DNA of 64,000 nucleotides. Source: Coraliomargaritaceae bacterium. GTDB taxonomy: Bacteria; Verrucomicrobiota; Verrucomicrobiia; Opitutales; Coraliomargaritaceae. This document shows positions 1-9,514 of the stretch, piece by piece. The notes under the pieces were generated by a model, which worked only from the letters and a program-made list of their open reading frames with translations, was not told the DNA's origin and did not search any database. Each line of letters opens with the position of its first letter. The first letter of the stretch is position 1. Position numbers and translations under genes: made by a program. The stretch is from the NCBI GenBank assembly GCA_045565695.1, contig JBJLEZ010000010.1, positions 2,001 through 66,000 of the forward strand, written 5' to 3'.

Positions 1-779
1 CCTTCCACGATTTTAAGGGCTTTACCTAAAGTGACATCTAAAGGAATGGTTCCTTCTCCATTTACTATGAAGTTAATCAGACCTTTTTCGTAATTGCTAC
101 CAGGTAATGCAATGGCTGCCTCTGCTGCATTTAATCGAGTGACTGCAATACCTTGGGTACTTGAGTCCTTTGCATTGAAGTATACTGAAGGACCATATGC
201 AGCAAAAGTACCTTCAATGATATCACCTTCTGGAGTTAATGCGAGTCCCTCGTAAGTGTAACCACCGACCAATTGGTTAAGGCGATTTAAAGCAACAGAA
301 ATTACATCGAGCTGTTTTTCAAAACGTTCAGCTTGATCGGCATCAGAATCATCAAGAATGAGTCGTGCCTCATCAATCGTATCTTGATACAGTTGGACTT
401 CACTAAAGTCGATTCGTGATTCAAAAGTACGTACAAATTCGTCTAATAGGCTAGCTGCGTAATCGTTTTGTTCTTTGAGTGCTTTGACTTGGTCGCGTAG
501 TCGGTTTAAGCCCATATCGTTGTTATCTCTGAGCCTAAGCAAACGGTCGACTTTGCTTTGTTTTTGTCGTACATCACTTTCAAGTTCTGCTACATCGTTA
601 ATCAAAGGTACTTTTACTGTAGCAATATTTTTACGAATTTCAGCCAATTCTTCTAGTGAAGTTGTTAAGTCAGAGGTGGCTATTTTTGATGCAGAATTCA
701 AACTTTCTGCGCCCAATAGAGAGAAACAGAAGCTTAAACTGGTGATTGAAATGACAATTATAGATTTAAAAAGATGCAT
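1..779 (-). CDS. 5' part of a long MotA/TolQ/ExbB-type (TtpC-like) protein; runs off the window
   Basis: Hand translation of the minus strand from ATG (cat at 777-779) gives MHLFKSIIVISITSLSFCFSLLGAES..., a signal peptide followed by a soluble coiled region, open to the window edge. It is absent from the ORF track because it has no stop in the window. Function is inferred only from its position directly downstream of the DUF3450-like gene, as in TonB2-type clusters. The membrane core would lie outside the window. Confidence 0.5.
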   Translation of the reverse strand, partial: MHLFKSIIVISITSLSFCFSLLGAESLNSASKIATSDLTTSLEELAEIRKNIATVKVPLINDVAELESDVRQKQSKVDRLLRLRDNNDMGLNRLRDQVKALKEQNDYAASLLDEFVRTFESRIDFSEVQLYQDTIDEARLILDDSDADQAERFEKQLDVISVALNRLNQLVGGYTYEGLALTPEGDIIEGTFAAYGPSVYFNAKDSSTQGIAVTRLNAAEAAIALPGSNYEKGLINFIVNGEGTIPLDVTLGKALKIVE

Positions 780-794
780 AATGATTGAGCTTTT

Positions 795-1568
795 TTAAAG
801 TGTTTTAGTTTGTGCAGGTACTTGAATGAATTGAATTTCTCCTGTCCCTTCATAAATATCCACAAGTTGTTTAATTTGTGAGCCGACTCCGTCTATTACG
901 GGCCACTCCCATCCGCTAGCAGTCGGAATTCCAACACCTGCAAATTTGCCAGAGTCATCGACATAGTAGGCACTAGCGAGTCCCATATATAAGGTGGTGA
1001 CTTGTACTACTTTTCCTTCTTCAAATTCTCTTGCCTCACTTGTAGCAGTAATAGTGGTATTGAACTTATCTGTTTGACTGAGGATACCAACAATATTTTG
1101 AACCCTTTGACCCAGTGAAAGATCTGTTTTTTGTGGATCATCAGGTAATCGGCGAATCAGTGGTCTAATTTTTTCAATCAGTGGGGCGGGCAAAGATGGT
1201 ATGATTGCTTTTAGGGAACTTTCGAGTGAACCAATTGAAGAAGCGACTACTTTTGAGGCTGCCTTTAAAGATTCTTTTTCAGCAGCTAGTGAGCCTCTTT
1301 CCTCATCGGATGCACTGGCAGATTCTTTTAAATCTTTTAATTCTGAATCGAGTCGGGCGACTTCTGACGTTAGCAAGGCGTAAGTCTTTTCAAGAAGCCC
1401 CTTTTCTATATCCCATTCAGAACTCTCCTTAGAAATAATTTGTCGGGTCTCAACCCATTGATCAATCGTACTGCGTGTCTCGTTGACAAGATTTTCCCCA
1501 AATAAACTCACACTTAGGGCCAACATCACAAGGGGTAGACAAAAGTTAAATAAATATTTTGATTTCAT
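795..1568 (-). CDS. DUF3450-like periplasmic coiled-coil protein (TonB-system accessory, TtpB-like)
   Basis: 257-aa ORF with a signal peptide, a long coiled-coil (LKDLKESASASDEERGSLAAEKESLKAASK) and a beta-rich C-terminus. It sits immediately upstream of the ExbB-like ORF. Confidence 0.6.
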   Translation of the reverse strand: MKSKYLFNFCLPLVMLALSVSLFGENLVNETRSTIDQWVETRQIISKESSEWDIEKGLLEKTYALLTSEVARLDSELKDLKESASASDEERGSLAAEKESLKAASKVVASSIGSLESSLKAIIPSLPAPLIEKIRPLIRRLPDDPQKTDLSLGQRVQNIVGILSQTDKFNTTITATSEAREFEEGKVVQVTTLYMGLASAYYVDDSGKFAGVGIPTASGWEWPVIDGVGSQIKQLVDIYEGTGEIQFIQVPAQTKTL

Positions 1569-1666
1569 AATAATTTAATTTTTTATGATTAATTCATAAC
1601 ACAATGCGATAATTTAATTCATCATTGCATTGTATTGCATAAAATTAACCTGATTGTAACAAAGCA

Positions 1667-2449
1667 TCATACTAAATTTTGATAATTGATTATTTCAAAA
1701 TGACCTTCTGGGTATTCTCCGATAGCAGTTAATGATTCTACCCAATCACCAGAATTTAAGTAATGAATATCGCCTATTTGCTTATCTATAGCAGTATGAA
1801 TATGACCGCAAATAATACCTGAGCAATTAGCTTTTTTCGCTGCATCGATTAACTTGGTTTCTAAATTATCTGATGAGCCCACGAGTGATTTAACCTTGGC
1901 TTTGGCGACTTTACTGATTGAAAAATACTTTTTGCCCCTCCAAGTCCGGTATTTGTTATATATCGCGTTCACGCCCATTATAAATTGATATGCTATATCA
2001 CCTAATATTGCTAGCCATTTGTGTTTTTGTGCGACTGTATCAAAGGCATCGCCGTGAGTGACTAAATAATTTCCATGTATGTTTTCATGAATATGTTCTT
2101 GAATCATGTTTAATTTCTCGGTCGGAAAATCTAAAACTTCATCGAGCATCTCATCGTGGTTGCCTTTTAAGAAAACAACCTCAATCGCTGGGTCGTCGAT
2201 ATAGCGGATGAATTGATTTAAAACTTGGCTATGACTTTCAGACCATCCACCTTGTCGCTTAAGACACCATCCATCAATGATATCCCCGTTAAGTATAAGT
2301 TTTTGAAAGCGACATTTTTTTAGGAAATCTAAGACTTCCTTGGCCTTACAGTATTTTGTTCCGAGATGGATATCTGAAAGAATGAGTGTCTTTAACTGTA
2401 TTGGAGGATTTTGCACTTGTTCTAATTTTATAACAAAAAGCTGGCTCAA
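1667..2449 (-). CDS. Metallophosphoesterase, LpxH/LpxG-like UDP-2,3-diacylglucosamine diphosphatase candidate
   Basis: 260-aa ORF with motifs LILSDIHLG, NGDIIDGW, GNHD and GHIH. The track start is TTG; an in-frame GTG at 2416 is an alternative start. Confidence 0.6.
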   Translation of the reverse strand: MSQLFVIKLEQVQNPPIQLKTLILSDIHLGTKYCKAKEVLDFLKKCRFQKLILNGDIIDGWCLKRQGGWSESHSQVLNQFIRYIDDPAIEVVFLKGNHDEMLDEVLDFPTEKLNMIQEHIHENIHGNYLVTHGDAFDTVAQKHKWLAILGDIAYQFIMGVNAIYNKYRTWRGKKYFSISKVAKAKVKSLVGSSDNLETKLIDAAKKANCSGIICGHIHTAIDKQIGDIHYLNSGDWVESLTAIGEYPEGHFEIINYQNLV

Positions 2450-2728
2450 AATACAATCTTAATCCTACAGAACAAAAGTAACATTCTTGTTACAGATCAA
2501 GGATGAGTTTTTCAGTGCACCATTGAATATTAGTGAGGGTGCGAGGGTGACGAAAATCTATTGGTCGCTTTTTAATTGTTTGTTTCAATAGAATTTGCGC
2601 GTCATTGACTAAGTAGCCTTTTGAGCGAATACATTAGCTTTATAATGTACTGTGTAACTAAATATTCAAAATTTTTGTTTGTATAATTAAAGTTAACATA
2701 TTACTTGCAACATAAATGTTCAAAAATT

Positions 2729-5059
2729 ATGTCCACCCTTAATACTTTAAAATTATTCCTAATCATCCTTGCAATGCCTATATTGCTGATCGCGGAGCTG
2801 AAGTTGCCTTATCTAAATGAGGCTTTAAGCCCTGAAGTCCGTGTTAAAGACTTAATGGAGCGGATGACAATTAAGGAAAAAGTGGGTCAGATGTGCCAGT
2901 ATGTCGGCTTTAATTATTTAGCGCGGTCAAATAAAGGGATGACTGCAGAACAAATCCTTAATAGTGACTCAGAAGCGGTTTATAAAGGATATGTGACAAG
3001 TGATATAGCTGATATGCTCATAGCAGGTGAGATTGGCTCCTTCCTTCATGTTTTAGATCCTAAAGAGGCAAATCAAATACAGGAATTAGCGACTCGTTCT
3101 CGTTTGCAGATCCCGATTTTAGTTGGGATCGATGCGATTCATGGGAATGGAATGGTTTATGGTTGTACGGTATATCCTTCTCCAATCACGATGGCTGCGA
3201 GTTTTTCGGAAGCGTTTGCATATCAAGTGGGACGACAAACGGCTTTAGAGATGCGTGCTACGGGCTCACATTGGGCGTTCACTCCAAATGTGGATGTTTT
3301 AAGGGATCCTCGCTGGGGTCGAGTGGGTGAAACTTTCGGAGAAGATACCAAGTTAGTCGGTGATTTTGGCGTAAATATGATTAAAGGATTTCAGCAAGAG
3401 GATTTTACCGGATTAGATTCTGTGATTGCCTGTGCGAAGCATTTAATCGCTGGTTCTGAGCCGGTTAATGGATTAAATTTTTCCCCGATGGATATTTCTG
3501 AGCGAAATCTTAGAGAAATCTATTTAAAGCCTTACAAAAGAGCAGTTGATGCAGGCGTCTATAGTATCATGTCAGCACACCATGAAATTAACGGAGTGCC
3601 TTGTGTGATGAATGATTATTTAATGAATACGATTGTTCGCGATGAATATGGTTTTGACGGATTTTTTGTTAGTGATTGGTTAGACATTGAACGCCTTGCG
3701 GATTTACACCGAGTAGCTAAAGACTTAGATGAGGCATCTGCTTTAGCTGTAAACGCTGGCACTGATATGCATATGCATGGACCAGACTTTTTAGAGTCTG
3801 TCTTAAAGGCAAATGAACTAGGGGTGATTCCAACAGAAAGAATCGATGATGCCTGTCGTAAAATTTTACTAGCGAAATTCAAACTTGGGCTTTTCGAAAA
3901 TCGGTTTATCGACTTAGACGCCGTTGAGGATAATATATTTACTGTACCACATCAGCAAACTGCATTGGATATGGCACGTAAGTCGATTGTTCTTCTGAAG
4001 AATGATGGAATACTTCCTTTCATCTCTAAAAAGCAAAAAATATTAGTCACTGGGCCTAATGCTAATAATAATACAATTTTGGGTGATTGGGCCTTGGCTC
4101 AACCTGAGGAAAACGTGACTACGATTTATGAAGGGATACAAGCACTTGGTGAGTCGTACGGACATCAAGTTGATTTCCATGACTCAAATGAAGATATGCG
4201 AAATATAACTGACTACGATATCAAGAAAGCGGTTAAGAAAGCAAAAAAATATGATAGTATCTTTCTCGTGCTGGGTGATAATTCTATGCGCCATTTAGGT
4301 GAACAAAATAAAGTAGCGGGAGAAAATGTAGCCCGTGCCTCACTTGACTTAGCTGGAGAACAGTTGAAATTAGCTCAGGCTTTATACTCTTTAGGAAAAC
4401 CGATGCTGGTTGTTTTAGTGAACGGCAAGCCGATATCTGAGCCATGGATTTATGAATCCATACCAGCAGTGATTGAAGCATGGGAGCCAGGTTCTTTTGG
4501 TGGACAGGCAGTTGCAGAAATAATTTTTGGCGAGGTAAACCCTAGTGGCAAAATGCCTCTTACTGTGGCTCGCTCGGTTGGGCATCTGCAAATGATTTAT
4601 AATCATAAGCCTTCTCATCACAGAAAAAAATATGCGTTTGAATCAGTCGATCCTCTATATGTTTTTGGTCACGGCTTAAGTTATTCTAACTTTGTTTATT
4701 CGGATTTGAAAATAGCCCAAGATGGCAGTACCAAAGACGCAGTGATTAAGCTATCTGCAAACTTATCTAATGAAAGTGAAGTCGATGGAGAAGAAGTGGT
4801 GCAAGTTTACTTCAGAGATGAATACAGTGCGATCACTCGACCTGTGAAGGAACTCGTGGCTTACCAAAGGGTTTTTGTTGAGTCTGGTCAGAGTATACCA
4901 GTGGAATTTTCAATACCTCTTGAGGCACTATCTTACTTTGATGCGGATATGAAAATAGTAGTGGAAGCGGGTGACTTTACTTTTATGGTTGGAGGCTCTT
5001 CGGCTGATGACAATTTGATAAAAGCATCTCACTTAGTAAAAAGTGATTTCATCTATTAG
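2729..5059 (+). CDS. Glycoside hydrolase family 3 beta-glucosidase (BglX-like), secreted
   Basis: The track ORF is 2705..5059 with a TTG start. The ATG at 2729 gives the signal peptide MSTLNTLKLFLIILAMPILLIA. GH3 hallmarks are KHLIAGS and GFDGFFVSDW (nucleophile Asp region), plus a C-terminal beta-sandwich domain. Confidence 0.85.
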   Translation: MSTLNTLKLFLIILAMPILLIAELKLPYLNEALSPEVRVKDLMERMTIKEKVGQMCQYVGFNYLARSNKGMTAEQILNSDSEAVYKGYVTSDIADMLIAGEIGSFLHVLDPKEANQIQELATRSRLQIPILVGIDAIHGNGMVYGCTVYPSPITMAASFSEAFAYQVGRQTALEMRATGSHWAFTPNVDVLRDPRWGRVGETFGEDTKLVGDFGVNMIKGFQQEDFTGLDSVIACAKHLIAGSEPVNGLNFSPMDISERNLREIYLKPYKRAVDAGVYSIMSAHHEINGVPCVMNDYLMNTIVRDEYGFDGFFVSDWLDIERLADLHRVAKDLDEASALAVNAGTDMHMHGPDFLESVLKANELGVIPTERIDDACRKILLAKFKLGLFENRFIDLDAVEDNIFTVPHQQTALDMARKSIVLLKNDGILPFISKKQKILVTGPNANNNTILGDWALAQPEENVTTIYEGIQALGESYGHQVDFHDSNEDMRNITDYDIKKAVKKAKKYDSIFLVLGDNSMRHLGEQNKVAGENVARASLDLAGEQLKLAQALYSLGKPMLVVLVNGKPISEPWIYESIPAVIEAWEPGSFGGQAVAEIIFGEVNPSGKMPLTVARSVGHLQMIYNHKPSHHRKKYAFESVDPLYVFGHGLSYSNFVYSDLKIAQDGSTKDAVIKLSANLSNESEVDGEEVVQVYFRDEYSAITRPVKELVAYQRVFVESGQSIPVEFSIPLEALSYFDADMKIVVEAGDFTFMVGGSSADDNLIKASHLVKSDFIY

Positions 5060-5080
5060 AATCTAACCTGTTGGTATTCT

Positions 5081-6589
5081 TTAATACTGATTTTGGTGGC
5101 GGTAATCACCCCATCGAGTTTTTACCGTTCGTTTTAATGGTATATGCATCCCATTAGTATTTTCTAACCATGTATACAGCGCTTCAGTCATGGCTATAAT
5201 TCTTTCTTGGTGTTCGGACGATTCAATCAGATTGTAAAGTTCATGCGGGTCATTTTTTAAGTCATAAAATTCATTACGATCCCAAATGCCGTGATAACGA
5301 ATTAATTTGTATTGGGCATCTCTAACGCCAAAAGTAGTCGGGGTCATTGGGAAATCGTATTCCCAATAGTATTCATAGAAGACGGTATCGCGTAATTGGT
5401 AAACTTCTTCGGTATTGAAAGAGGGTTTGATCGATTTCCCCACGTAATAACTGGGTATATCTGCATGAGCATAATCTAAAATAGTTGGAGCGATATCGGT
5501 ATTAAGGATTAAGGATTGATTCACTTGTCCAGGCTCAATTACAGAGGGGTAATAAAACAATAAAGGAACACGAGTGGACTCTTCATAGAAGTGTCGTTTA
5601 TCAATTAGGCCATGTTCACCCCAAGAAAATCCATTATCACCCATATAGATAAATAAACTGTCATCGGATTGATCAGCTGATTCTAAGTAATCTAACATCG
5701 CTCCAATACTGTCATCCACACCCAATAAGGTTTCGCAGTAATCAGTGACTTGTTCATGTAGGTCGATTGATTTATGGTACATATAATCGACTCCGTGCCA
5801 GCTAATACGCTGTTCTTTAACCCATTCGGGCCACTTGAGCTTTTTGTATTCGCCATTTTTTGTCTGCTCATAAGAGATAGGGAGTTTGATTTTTTTACCT
5901 TCGTAAAGTCCTTCGTGGCGTTTTGCGGGTAAAAATTCTGCATGGACGGACTTATGGGATAAATAGACAAAACAGGGCTGATCTGGGTCCTGTTGTTCGA
6001 GCCATTCGATAGCATGCTGAGTGAGCAAATCGGTTGTGTAAACGTCCTTAGGGTAGGTGATTTCTTCGCCGTTTATATTTAGGGTGGGTCCGTAATAGAC
6101 ACCTTGCCCTTTAAAGCTTTCCCAGTGATCAAATCCTGGCTGAGATGCATTGCTGTCATCACCCATGTGCCATTTTCCAAAAAAAGCGGTTTTGTACCCT
6201 GCTGCCTGCAAATGTTTAGGAAAATAGGTATGAATACCTGGATTTGGTGCTTGGTTATCTACAATAGTGTGTTCGTGTGTGTAGAGCCCAGTTAAGATAG
6301 TGGCTCTAGAAGGTGAGCAAAGTGCCGTAGTTACAAAAGCTTCTGAACAATGCGCTCCGTTTCTTGCAAGGCGATCCATATTTGGAGTTTCGAGCCATTC
6401 CACAGCGTCCATGAATCCCATATAATCATAGCGATGATCATCACTGAGTAGAAAGATAATTCTATTGGGGCGATCCTCTTTATGTTGCTTATATTTATAA
6501 GCATGTAAGCATTGAGATAAGACGATTAAGCCAAGAATGATAAAGCATTTTAAGATACGGTTAAAAAAGTGTATTTTTTTCATTTTCAT
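5081..6589 (-). CDS. Cys-type sulfatase (GlcNAc-6-sulfatase-like subgroup by eye)
   Basis: 502-aa ORF with a signal peptide, LSDDHRYD, the FGly motif CSPSRATILTG, and FGKWHMG...PGFD. Confidence 0.85.
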   Translation of the reverse strand: MKMKKIHFFNRILKCFIILGLIVLSQCLHAYKYKQHKEDRPNRIIFLLSDDHRYDYMGFMDAVEWLETPNMDRLARNGAHCSEAFVTTALCSPSRATILTGLYTHEHTIVDNQAPNPGIHTYFPKHLQAAGYKTAFFGKWHMGDDSNASQPGFDHWESFKGQGVYYGPTLNINGEEITYPKDVYTTDLLTQHAIEWLEQQDPDQPCFVYLSHKSVHAEFLPAKRHEGLYEGKKIKLPISYEQTKNGEYKKLKWPEWVKEQRISWHGVDYMYHKSIDLHEQVTDYCETLLGVDDSIGAMLDYLESADQSDDSLFIYMGDNGFSWGEHGLIDKRHFYEESTRVPLLFYYPSVIEPGQVNQSLILNTDIAPTILDYAHADIPSYYVGKSIKPSFNTEEVYQLRDTVFYEYYWEYDFPMTPTTFGVRDAQYKLIRYHGIWDRNEFYDLKNDPHELYNLIESSEHQERIIAMTEALYTWLENTNGMHIPLKRTVKTRWGDYRHQNQY

Positions 6590-6623
6590 TTAATGGAATT
6601 GTCTGTCTTATTGATGATCCTTT

Positions 6624-8069
6624 ATGAAATACTTTCCCTTTATTATCTTCTTGGCAAGCATTGTGTGCATTAAAGTGCAAGCAACTGAATCGCCAAATTT
6701 TATTTTCATTCTGACGGATGACCAAGGATGGACTTCGTTGTCTTCGGCAATTGATCCGGATTTTCCAAAAGCAAAAAGTGATTACCATATCACTCCCAAT
6801 ATGGACGCACTTTTACAAATGGGTGTATCCTTTACAAATGGTTATGCGGCGGCTCCAGTCTGTGCACCTTCTCGTTATAGTATCCAGTTTGGCAAAACGG
6901 CTGCTCGTGTGAAACGAACCATTGCCCGAGGGCCAAATTATGCAGACCATGATCAAGTGGGTCTTGCTCAATACCTTAAGATGATCAATCCCGAATATCT
7001 TTGTGCTCATTTGGGTAAATGGCATATCGATGCCGACCCTGCTCGTTATGGGTATGATCTGCATGATGGAATCACTAAAAATAAGGAAGGCAATTTTCAT
7101 AACGATGATCACAAGTTACAGTGGAATGGTTATGCGGAAGAAGATCCCAAGCGCGTGGATTCACTAACGGATCGTACGATTGATTTTATTGAAGATGCTC
7201 TTGAGCAAGAGCGACCGTTTTATGTGCAGTTGTCGCATTATGCTGTTCACTCTGACCTCGTCTATAGCCAAGATAGCTACATGCAGATGCTGATAGAGGG
7301 TAGTGGAAGTGTGCACAAAAATGTTTCTTATGCAGCAATGGTGATGGATTTAGATAAATCGATTGGAAAATTACTTGAAGCTTATGAGGCATTGGGATTG
7401 AGCGAAAATACCTATATCATTTTCACTTCAGATAATGGAGGTATGCCTGTCTTGCCAATACAAGTGAATCGAGGTCGACCGTATAAACAAGGACTGAACA
7501 GTCCATTGTTGAGAGGTAAGTGGGATTTGATGGAAGGGGGGATTCGTGTTCCTTTTTCCATGGCTGGGCCAAATATTCCACAGGGAGTGGTTTCAGACAC
7601 ACCCGTTATCGGTTATGATATACTTCCTACTATAGTTGAATTGGCGGAAGCCTCTAATTCAAGTGAGGGGATTACTTTACCAGATGACATTGATGGAGGT
7701 AGTTTTGCCCAAGTTGCGCTGAAAGACAGATCGATGCCTGTGGAGCGTGCCAATGAAGCTCTAATTTTCCATTTCCCACATTACAATAGTGTAGGTCTGC
7801 AAGAACCCCATTCAGCCATTCGTATGGGAGATTATAAATTGGTTAAATTTTATTCTTCGGAGCGATCACTTTTATTTGATCTATCCAAAGATATCAGTGA
7901 ATCCAAGGACCTATCTAAAAAGAATAAGGCAAAGGTCCAAGAATTGGAAATACAGTTAAGCGATTATTTAACCGCAGTGGATGCAGAGCTTCCCGAAGGT
8001 AGTTTCACTTGGGGACGACCCGGTGAGCACGGCGCAGTGAAGACACAATTTTTTAAACGATACGATTAA
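6624..8069 (+). CDS. Cys-type sulfatase (arylsulfatase family)
   Basis: 481-aa ORF with a signal peptide, LTDDQGW, the FGly motif CAPSRYSIQFG, GKWH, and SDNGG. Confidence 0.85.
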   Translation: MKYFPFIIFLASIVCIKVQATESPNFIFILTDDQGWTSLSSAIDPDFPKAKSDYHITPNMDALLQMGVSFTNGYAAAPVCAPSRYSIQFGKTAARVKRTIARGPNYADHDQVGLAQYLKMINPEYLCAHLGKWHIDADPARYGYDLHDGITKNKEGNFHNDDHKLQWNGYAEEDPKRVDSLTDRTIDFIEDALEQERPFYVQLSHYAVHSDLVYSQDSYMQMLIEGSGSVHKNVSYAAMVMDLDKSIGKLLEAYEALGLSENTYIIFTSDNGGMPVLPIQVNRGRPYKQGLNSPLLRGKWDLMEGGIRVPFSMAGPNIPQGVVSDTPVIGYDILPTIVELAEASNSSEGITLPDDIDGGSFAQVALKDRSMPVERANEALIFHFPHYNSVGLQEPHSAIRMGDYKLVKFYSSERSLLFDLSKDISESKDLSKKNKAKVQELEIQLSDYLTAVDAELPEGSFTWGRPGEHGAVKTQFFKRYD

Positions 8070-8071
8070 GT

Positions 8072-9454
8072 TTATTTTAGTTTAGAGCGGTCCGTTAGTG
8101 GTTCCGGCATTTCATCTAGAGTATTATTGAAAATTGACCTTAGTGCGTTCGATCTATTCGGATAATTAGCAATTAGGTTTATTCTCTCATTAGGATCGTT
8201 TTCCAAATTAAAGAGAAAGTCTTTGCCCTTATGATTTATTACAAGCTTCCAGCCATCTTTTAGAATGGCCCCTGTATTTTTACCAATCCTTCCTCCTGCC
8301 CAAAAGAAATGATCCCTAGAAATTTCTGACTCTTTATCCATTAATAAAGGTAACAGATTGACTCCTTCAAATGGTTCAGAATTTGGTAAATCTATTCCAG
8401 CTATTGCAGATAGAGTTGGATATATATCTAAAGACGATATGGGGGTGTTAGAAGTTTCACCTAAATTAATATTACCGGGCCAGGATACTATGAAGGGTAC
8501 TCTTATACCTCCTTCAAAGTACTCTCCTTTATAACCTCTAAGTCCATTGGTAGAGCCAAGCATTTCGCCTCTAGGCCACTCTTTTGGCAGGCCTTTAAAA
8601 TTTGTTTTTGCAGGACCATTATCACTTAGAAATATTACTACAGTATCCTTTTTTATACCTTTTTTATCAAGAGTATCTAGGACTTGTCCTACACCTTCAT
8701 CTACAGCAAGTAGCATAGATGCATACAGCTTGAGAGCTTCACTTTTAATGTGGCTTAATCTTTTTTTATGAGAGAGCTTTCCTTGCAGGGGACTGTGAGG
8801 TGCATTGTATGAAAGATACAGGAAAAAGGGGGCATCGGAATTTTTATCAATGAAATCACAGGCACTTTGCGTGAGTAAATCAGTAAGATAGATATCTCCT
8901 TTAGAAGTAGGTCCCCATATATTGTTCGTTTTGGTACTTCCGTATTTGTCATCATTGACTCCATGATAATGCCCTGATGCATCAGGCCAATAATCGCCTT
9001 CCCAGACCATCGTGTTCGCAGTATGATCAAAATATTTCTCAACAGGCATTGGATTCCAGCTAGGGTTATCTAGATTCCATTTGCCAACTATGGCAGTTTT
9101 ATAACCTGCGTTTTTTAACTGAATCGGAAGTATGGGTCTATCATCTGAAAGTTTAACTCCTCCCATATCAGGATTCCAATAAACTCCAGACCTTCCTGGA
9201 TAAGTTCCTGTAAGCAAGCCAACTCTACTTGGGCCACAGACTGGGCTTATGCTATAGGCTGTATCAAATTTTATGCCCTCATCTGCAAGTTTATCGATAT
9301 TTTGCGTTTCTATTAAGTCACCACCATAACAAGAGGCATCTGCGTAAGCCATATCATCTACAAATATTAGTACAATATTCGGAAGTGTGTCGTTCGCATT
9401 AAGGTAGAGATTCAGTGAAAAAAATACTGCAACAATAAGGGAGATGTTTTTCAT
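8072..9454 (-). CDS. Cys-type sulfatase (arylsulfatase family)
   Basis: 460-aa ORF with a signal peptide, FVDDMAY, the FGly motif CGPSRVGLLTG, GKWNL, and LSDNGP. Confidence 0.85.
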   Translation of the reverse strand: MKNISLIVAVFFSLNLYLNANDTLPNIVLIFVDDMAYADASCYGGDLIETQNIDKLADEGIKFDTAYSISPVCGPSRVGLLTGTYPGRSGVYWNPDMGGVKLSDDRPILPIQLKNAGYKTAIVGKWNLDNPSWNPMPVEKYFDHTANTMVWEGDYWPDASGHYHGVNDDKYGSTKTNNIWGPTSKGDIYLTDLLTQSACDFIDKNSDAPFFLYLSYNAPHSPLQGKLSHKKRLSHIKSEALKLYASMLLAVDEGVGQVLDTLDKKGIKKDTVVIFLSDNGPAKTNFKGLPKEWPRGEMLGSTNGLRGYKGEYFEGGIRVPFIVSWPGNINLGETSNTPISSLDIYPTLSAIAGIDLPNSEPFEGVNLLPLLMDKESEISRDHFFWAGGRIGKNTGAILKDGWKLVINHKGKDFLFNLENDPNERINLIANYPNRSNALRSIFNNTLDEMPEPLTDRSKLK

Positions 9455-9488
9455 AACAAAAAAAGGTGAGGAAAAATCCTCACCTTTT
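9455..9488 (-). terminator. Rho-independent terminator after the PEP-CTERM gene
   Basis: Stem aaaaggtgagga (9461-9472) pairs with tcctcacctttt (9477-9488) around loop aaaa. On the minus strand the hairpin is followed by a T-run. Confidence 0.65.
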
Positions 9489-9514
9489 CAATAAATTATA
9501 TATTAAATCTGAAA

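Noticed and set aside
475-798. 107-aa plus-strand ORF, and similar short ORFs in the track (for example 1201-1432, 3616-3882, 12968-13353, 20453-21061, 31282-31467).
   Set aside because: They lie antisense to, or out of frame within, long ORFs with clear family motifs. Their translations are low-complexity with no motifs. I treat them as shadow ORFs.
1625-1639. TTGCATtgtaTTGCA, a direct repeat with 10-bp spacing resembling the GTGCATAAWAGTGCA motif.
   Set aside because: It matches only 11/15 positions and has the opposite orientation to the downstream minus-strand gene. It is too weak to count as another site.
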